DNA of 64,000 bases from a virus. Taxonomy: Duplodnaviria > Caudoviricetes. The DNA lies in the IMG/VR virus record IMGVR_UViG_3300011260_000073, positions 1,749 through 65,748 of that record; one strand, given 5' to 3'. Both the position numbers and the translations under genes were made by a program. The notes below the pieces were generated by a model. It was not told the DNA's origin, did not search any database, and saw only the letters and a program-made list of their open reading frames with translations. Shown here piece after piece: positions 58,362 through 64,000 of the stretch (the first letter of the stretch is position 1; each line of letters starts with the position of its first letter).

Positions 58362-58655
58362 ATGTCACGTAGTAGCTCAGCAATCATGACCGAGGCGCAG
58401 AAAGCCAAGGTCGAAAAGCAGAAAGAAAAAGAAGCCACGGCCAAGCAGAAGCTGAAAGACCAGAAGGTCGAAGCCAAGCTTGCCAAGACAGAAGCCGCTG
58501 ACCGTAAGAAGGTCGTAGCTTCATCCCTGAAGATGTTTGTCAGTAATCCGACCAAGGACAACGCCAAAGACTACAAGAACGATGTAGCTGCACACATCAA
58601 GTCTGTAAATGTCGCTGTCCGTCTCGCCGCTAAGCTGCCTAAGAAGGCTGCTTAA
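58362..58655 (+). CDS. basic Lys/Ala-rich protein
   Basis: AGGAG SD; histone-like composition. Confidence 0.65.
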   Translation: MSRSSSAIMTEAQKAKVEKQKEKEATAKQKLKDQKVEAKLAKTEAADRKKVVASSLKMFVSNPTKDNAKDYKNDVAAHIKSVNVAVRLAAKLPKKAA

Positions 58656-58676
58656 TACCTAGCAAGACGTAGTATC

Positions 58677-58705
58677 ACCAACTGGCCTATTGCCAGTTGG
58701 TTTTT
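58677..58705 (+). terminator. intrinsic terminator
   Basis: ACCAACTGGC-CTATT-GCCAGTTGGT followed by TTTT. Confidence 0.75.
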
Positions 58706-58873
58706 GTAAGCCCTTTGCAATTTCTCGCTGTCTGCCTACAGCAAACCTGAAAGAGTAATCTTTCTCGCAAAGGGCTTTCAAAAACTTAAAGGTGTTTAAT
58801 AGAAACAAAAATTACTTTACTTACGAATTAAAGATTCTTTAATTTTTACACTCCATACACCATCGGAATAATT

Positions 58874-59416
58874 ATGAAATATGATTCAGTAGTTGTAGAC
58901 CTTGAAACTCTTGATACAGCAAACACAGCTGTTATTTTAAGCATCGGTGCTGTTGCATTCAACCATCAAGACAATGACAAATGGGGAGACTTCAAAGAGT
59001 CCCGCTCTTTCTATCAAGTTCTTGAAACTGATACTCAGAAAGCTGCTGGATTGACCACATCGAAAAGCACTGAGCAATGGTGGGCAAAACAAAGCGCAGA
59101 AGCAAAGCAAGCTTTCGATGTACCAAAAGTTGACACCAAGACAGCACTGGAGCAGTTCTACCAGTTCTGTGCTGGCACCAAAGTCTTGTGGGGTAATGGC
59201 AACATGTTTGACAACGCCATCATCCGTAATGCTTGTACACAGCTTGATACTCCGTACCCATACAAGTTCTGGGAAGACCTGGATATGCGCACAATCATAT
59301 TCTTGGCAGGAAAGAACAACAGGATTCAGTTCAAAGGCACTCCACACAACGCCCTCGATGACGCGAAGCATGAAGCCCTGCTCATCCAAGATGCCTACTA
59401 TCGCTTAAAAGGATAA
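58874..59416 (+). CDS. DEDDh 3'-5' exonuclease (DUF5051 / ExoVIII-N-like)
   Basis: VDLETL, ILSIGAV, WGNG..FD, DMRT, HNALDDA. Confidence 0.88.
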   Translation: MKYDSVVVDLETLDTANTAVILSIGAVAFNHQDNDKWGDFKESRSFYQVLETDTQKAAGLTTSKSTEQWWAKQSAEAKQAFDVPKVDTKTALEQFYQFCAGTKVLWGNGNMFDNAIIRNACTQLDTPYPYKFWEDLDMRTIIFLAGKNNRIQFKGTPHNALDDAKHEALLIQDAYYRLKG

Positions 59417-59421
59417 TAGCT

Positions 59422-59676
59422 ATGAAGCCTTTAATTATTTTCAGCTTACTAATTGCATTATTCGGGTGTGAGAACGGCGAAGTTGTATTATCGACCGAAG
59501 AAAGAGCAGCTATAAAACAAAAACACAAAGCCGCAGGCGCAGAAAGAAGAGCTCTTTTTGTCGAGTGTATGGAGCTAGCAGCAAAAATGCCGAGACAATC
59601 AGATGATGATGTTGCTGACATTGTTGAAGAATGCTCATCGTCTTCTTACTACGTAACTAACTACCTTAGAAGATAA
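59422..59676 (+). CDS. putative lipoprotein
   Basis: MK + hydrophobic stretch + LFGC lipobox. Confidence 0.6.
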   Translation: MKPLIIFSLLIALFGCENGEVVLSTEERAAIKQKHKAAGAERRALFVECMELAAKMPRQSDDDVADIVEECSSSSYYVTNYLRR

Positions 59677-59688
59677 AGGACATCCATC

Positions 59689-60015
59689 ATGGGATTACTC
59701 GCAAAAGCAACGTATACCATGACTTACCATCGTGGTAACAAACGTCTCTGGCTAGAAGGCGCTCGCTTAACAAATAGCGGCTTTGCCAAAGGTGTCATGT
59801 ACACTTCAAAGTTCGATGCCAAAACCAAATCAATCATACTAAAGGTTGCTACTGATGGAGTCCGCGTAGTCTCGGGGCGTAAGCGCAAAGGGCAAATCAA
59901 GTGGACACCTATTATTGATATCTGCTGCCCCGAAGTAGCAGACATTATAAAAGATACGTTGTGTATTGAAGCGAAGTTTTACAAAGGCCAGATAACTATC
60001 AAGGCTCATCCATGA
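59689..60015 (+). CDS. AbrB/SymE-like small protein resembling the N-terminal module of some mobile-element cytosine methyltransferases
   Basis: RG..RLWLEG.RL...GF..G, RVVS.RK.....PIID motifs (from recall); no catalytic domain follows. Confidence 0.45.
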   Translation: MGLLAKATYTMTYHRGNKRLWLEGARLTNSGFAKGVMYTSKFDAKTKSIILKVATDGVRVVSGRKRKGQIKWTPIIDICCPEVADIIKDTLCIEAKFYKGQITIKAHP

Positions 60016-60272
60016 TGGACACCTCGAGGCTATCATTTAAAGCCGATGCAAGAGGCTACATGATTACCTACAAAGGCCAAAATCTTGGTGGCGCAGGAGT
60101 TATGAATAAGCCCAAACATTGGCGGCATCAACAAAAGAACATTCAACAGTTCACTGAACACGCACGCATGGAAATACGTGATATAAAAGCTGGACGCGTA
60201 ATTCCACGTTATGCGGAAATGATTGAAGAAATCGATAACCTATCTCTGGAGTCATTAGATGGCAAAGCCTGA
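60012..60272 (+). CDS. hypothetical protein
   Basis: 86-aa coupled ORF. Confidence 0.55.
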   Translation: MMDTSRLSFKADARGYMITYKGQNLGGAGVMNKPKHWRHQQKNIQQFTEHARMEIRDIKAGRVIPRYAEMIEEIDNLSLESLDGKA

Positions 60273-60726
60273 AGCAGTCGCTGTACGCAACGTCAATAGC
60301 TGGTTACCTAAAGAAGTACACCATGAAGGCAACGGCGGAGGCTTCGGTGTCAATGGCACTCCAGACCAATACTATGAAGGCGATAGAGATACTCTCCGAG
60401 TAGAATACAAATACGCTGTCAAACTCCCTAAAATACTAGACCTTGCCGACACCACAAAAAAGCCGCACCTAAGCAAACTGCAAAACACTTGGCTAAGCCG
60501 TGCTTATGATAATAATGTACGTGTCGCTGTAATCCTATGTACTAAAGATGATGGTAACTATATATTCACTAACAGGTCATGGGAATCAATATGGACCAAG
60601 AACAGATTAGTACAACAACAGTACACTCGTACAGAGGTTGCAATGTGGATTGCTTCTACCGTTTTGAAGACTTGTCCGAAAGTGCTCAGCAAACGGTCCT
60701 CGACGCGAACCACCAACGCAACGTAG
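60259..60726 (+). CDS. VRR-NUC-like / Holliday-junction resolvase-like nuclease
   Basis: N-terminal E, GTPD...VEYK, LSKLQ..WL motifs. Confidence 0.7.
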   Translation: MAKPEAVAVRNVNSWLPKEVHHEGNGGGFGVNGTPDQYYEGDRDTLRVEYKYAVKLPKILDLADTTKKPHLSKLQNTWLSRAYDNNVRVAVILCTKDDGNYIFTNRSWESIWTKNRLVQQQYTRTEVAMWIASTVLKTCPKVLSKRSSTRTTNAT

Positions 60727-61241
60727 ATTATGACGGTTGGTGGGAATCAGTTTATGAGCAATATGATGAAAAGATGAAAGCCATAGGCTTTAATGTATCA
60801 GGCAAATATTTTTCAGGCTTCAGTTCACAAGGTGACGGCGCAGTTATTCTAGGCACCATTAGCTATTTCGATTTCCTCAAACAAACTCCTGAAGGTATTG
60901 CACTTTTAACTGTTTTTAAACTTCGTTCTTTACAAGACGAGGAACTATACGATGGAGCTGCTAGATTTACTCACGAAGGACGCTACTATCACGAACGCAG
61001 CTTCACAACCGGCTTAGAAACAAACGCTGACAACTGGAACGCTGCTGATTGCGTAGAAGACCTTGCAGATAACATACATACTTTTGTAGAAGCTAACATA
61101 AATGAATGGCTGACTGATATCTGCAAAGAATTCTACAAAGCCCTAGAAGCTGAATATGACTATCTCACTTCTGATAAATGCCTGCGTGAGCACTACGAGC
61201 ACGACGACGACTTATACGACATCGACGGGGAGCCAGTATGA
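60591..61241 (+). CDS. conserved acidic phage protein
   Basis: FEDLSE.AQQ, WWESVYE, YFSGFSSQGDGA, LEAEYDYLTSD motifs. Confidence 0.7.
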   Translation: MDQEQISTTTVHSYRGCNVDCFYRFEDLSESAQQTVLDANHQRNVDYDGWWESVYEQYDEKMKAIGFNVSGKYFSGFSSQGDGAVILGTISYFDFLKQTPEGIALLTVFKLRSLQDEELYDGAARFTHEGRYYHERSFTTGLETNADNWNAADCVEDLADNIHTFVEANINEWLTDICKEFYKALEAEYDYLTSDKCLREHYEHDDDLYDIDGEPV

Positions 61242-61653
61242 TAGCGCCTATCCCACCTACTGCTACTTGGCAAGAGCAGCTTTTTGATTTCGAAACTCAG
61301 CACGGTTTTAATCTGACCATCGATATTAAAAACTATCAATACCGGCATGCCATAAGAAGTCCACATAAGGCTAACGGTATAAAGGTTGGCGGTTTCAAAA
61401 GAACAGTACTCAACACTCTGAATAAGCAAACTTTAATAAAGCGCTTCTGGCGCAGACTTGGAGCCATGTAATGGAAACTGTAATCATATGCAGGATACTC
61501 CATAAGATAGGCAGATTTAATAAAGTGTATATGGAGCTAGATGGTGAATGGATAACTTCTACCAAAACCATCGAAGACTTTGAAGAAGCTGTTAAGAGAC
61601 GAGAAATCAAACAAGAATATAGAAAGAGCGTAAACCAAAAGGAATCAAAATGA
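61238..61653 (+). CDS. two small hypothetical genes (61238-61471, 61471-61653)
   Basis: Coupled ORFs. Confidence 0.5.
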
Positions 61654-61719
61654 ATCCACTCGAACTGATTGAACCTATTGTTCCAGTAGCTGTAGCTGCG
61701 TTTAAAAAAGGAATAGACC

Positions 61720-62058
61720 GTGGATAAAACAACACCACCACAAGCCGCTCGAAATAACGACGGCAAAGTAGAACTTTCGTACCTACTCGATGCTCCATAT
61801 GCAAACGAAGGTCTATGCCGTGTACTTATGTTTGGCGCAGAGAAATACGAACGTAATAACTGGAAGAAAGGCCTGCCTTGGAAAAGCGTTATTGATTCTG
61901 CACTCAGACATCTGACTGCTTTTCAAAAAGGCGAAGAAGTTGATTCAGAATCTGGGTTACCGCATATCGACCATGTGCTTTGTAACATTATGTTTTTATC
62001 AGAATTCACACGCACGCATAGTGAATTCGATGACCGTACTAACAAGGAACCAAAATGA
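61720..62058 (+). CDS. dATP/dGTP diphosphohydrolase-like protein (DUF5664)
   Basis: [42 protein letters not shown]. Confidence 0.85.
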   Translation: MDKTTPPQAARNNDGKVELSYLLDAPYANEGLCRVLMFGAEKYERNNWKKGLPWKSVIDSALRHLTAFQKGEEVDSESGLPHIDHVLCNIMFLSEFTRTHSEFDDRTNKEPK

Positions 62059-63038
62059 AGCCATCAGAAATCAGTACTGCAATGCAAGCATGTATCGCCG
62101 CACGTCGTCCAGGTATGTTGTGGGGAGCGCCCGGAGTAGGTAAGTCACAAGTCACCGCACAGCTTGCTAAAGATATGGATATGAATATTATCGATGTCCG
62201 GGCAATTCTGTTCGACCCTGTTGACCTTCGTGGTATCCCGCATATCAAAGATGACCGGACAACATGGGCAATCCCTGACTTCCTTCCTAACGTAGAGCGA
62301 CATGGCGAGAAGGGCATCCTGTTCATCGATGAAATCAACGCAGCGCCACAGTCAGTACAGGCCGCGTTCTACCAACTGATGCTCGACCGTCGTCTTGGTG
62401 ATTACATCATGCCTGATGGCTGGTACATCTTTGCGGCTGGCAACCGTGAGAAAGACCGCGCTGTTGTTAATAAGATGCCAACGGCACTATCCAACCGCCT
62501 CATCCATATCGACTTTGATGTGAACCTCGAGGACTGGGTCAAATGGGCAATCGGTGCAAGCATCGCTCCAGAAATCATCGCCTTCATTAACTTCCGCAAA
62601 GAGCTGCTACATAAGTTCGACCCTGCACAGCGAGCTTTCCCAACACCGCGTACATGGGAGTTCGCTTCTGATTTACTTCCACACACGAACCCACTCAATG
62701 AACTTGACTTACTTACTGGCACAGTTGGTGAAGGCCCTGCTGGAGAGTTCATCGCATTCCTACGCGTATGGCGTGACCTACCTTCAGTCCAATCAGTTGT
62801 CATGAATCCTATGACAACTGCTGTCTCTCAGAACCCAAGTATCATCTACGCTATCACCGGAGCACTGGCACATGATAGTGATGAGTCTACGTTCGAACCA
62901 ATCCTGAAGTACATCTCTCGTCTGCCAACTGAGTACCAGGTACTGTTCATGCGTGATGTCGGCCAGCGTAATAAGGAACTGCAGAACAACGCAGCGTTTA
63001 TTAACTGGGCTTCACAGAACGCTAACGTACTGTTGTAA
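62055..63038 (+). CDS. MoxR-like AAA+ ATPase
   Basis: [45 protein letters not shown]. Confidence 0.92.
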   Translation: MKPSEISTAMQACIAARRPGMLWGAPGVGKSQVTAQLAKDMDMNIIDVRAILFDPVDLRGIPHIKDDRTTWAIPDFLPNVERHGEKGILFIDEINAAPQSVQAAFYQLMLDRRLGDYIMPDGWYIFAAGNREKDRAVVNKMPTALSNRLIHIDFDVNLEDWVKWAIGASIAPEIIAFINFRKELLHKFDPAQRAFPTPRTWEFASDLLPHTNPLNELDLLTGTVGEGPAGEFIAFLRVWRDLPSVQSVVMNPMTTAVSQNPSIIYAITGALAHDSDESTFEPILKYISRLPTEYQVLFMRDVGQRNKELQNNAAFINWASQNANVLL

Positions 63039-63761
63039 TGTTCAAGTCTTTAATGATTGAGCTTGGTAAAGGCACAGTACAGGGCAAGAATTGCTCTGTG
63101 CTACGCCTTAAGGATAAACGCTTTGTCCTGCAGGAAGGGTATTTGGTATTGATGCAGGTCTTTAATAAGACAATAGAAGCTAGTGAACTATATTTATCAA
63201 ATGCACGACACGAACCTTATGGGGCTTTTACTTATGGTTCTAAAAACTTTGACCTTGATGAAGCTACAGAAATAGTATCTCAGCAATTCCTTATAGATAA
63301 CTTCCTACAGGCGATGAACGAATATGTAGCAGCGAAGGCTGTAGCAGCGCTAACTTCGAACAATGAACAAAATGAAGACGATGGAGGCAACAGTGCGGCT
63401 TGATAACTTATGTATAAAGTCAGTATCAATTAATGGTACTCAGCATCTTATGGCCCTTGAGTATGGTGTTCATTTCTTCATTATAGATAATCGTTTTGAT
63501 AATATTACTAGTATTATTTTCTATAGAAATCTGGCGACTTTGGAAATTAAAGCTACTAGCCAGTTTTTCTCAATGCTTAGCACTTCCTATATGATAACTT
63601 CAAATGATTCTGGATTAATAGGTAACGAGTTTTCCATCAACTTAGAAGCAGACCCTACAATAGAAGAAATACTTGAAGCAGATATGCTGCGCCTTTATAA
63701 AGAGAAGGTGGCTGAGTGGGTATCGCAAGAAGCAATAGGAGCAGTATGTAATGCTACTTAA
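63038..63761 (+). CDS. two AT-rich hypothetical genes (63038-63403, 63363-63761)
   Basis: Coupled ORFs downstream of the AAA gene; both end with an acidic patch and amphipathic helix. Confidence 0.55.
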
Positions 63762-64000
63762 ATTCCATAAGGGACCAGACCGGAAAACCGAAGACAATAT
63801 AGTTAATATATTTGGCGGCACCGCGTATATTTCGTACCAAAAAGTTATTGAATTCCATGAACAGCTTATTGGAAGTCAACGCCTCTAGGATACCTGGAGC
63901 CCAACTACTGACTAGCATGTGCATGCAGTGAATTGATATCTTGTTAACATCGTATAACCCGAAGAGTTCGGTATGAAATTGGAAGAGGTTCTTATAGCCA

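Noticed and set aside
61720-62058. Complete Z-base (2-aminoadenine) genome system
   Set aside because: No PurZ/adenylosuccinate-synthetase-like gene in the window

Overview
The window is almost the whole genome of a lytic-looking tailed dsDNA phage, apparently circularly permuted: a MoxR-type AAA ATPase near the right end and its usual vWA/metallopeptidase partner at the left end belong to the same plus-strand arm. Minus-strand arm (2.0-33.4 kb): terS, terL, portal, a cluster of fibre genes, scaffold, N4-gp56-type major capsid, decoration protein, podovirus-type tail/adaptor proteins, beta-propeller tail proteins, ejection proteins including a 2047-aa protein, and an M15 endolysin plus holin. 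No tape measure, tail tube or sheath gene is recognisable. Plus-strand arm (33.6-64 kb, wrapping to 2.0 kb): many small early genes, a symmetric iteron/IHF origin-like region, an ORF-poor RNA cassette, primase-helicase, PD-(D/E)XK nuclease, SNF2 helicase, RtcB followed by tRNA-Pro, family A DNA polymerase, SSB-like protein, DEDD exonuclease, a dATP/dGTP diphosphohydrolase-like protein and MoxR. The RNA cassette holds tRNA-Tyr, a non-canonical 118-nt tRNA-like gene and several pseudoknots and hairpins. No integrase, repressor, RNA polymerase or CRISPR array was seen. The most unusual signals are the aberrant tRNA-like RNA in a structured RNA cluster of an RtcB-encoding phage, repeated T-loop-like hairpins, a CsrA/RsmA-type GGA-rich portal leader, a short helix motif shared by many small unrelated proteins, nested in-frame starts in a three-repeat gene, and chained fibre genes. 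All product calls come from motif recognition by eye; no database searches were run.
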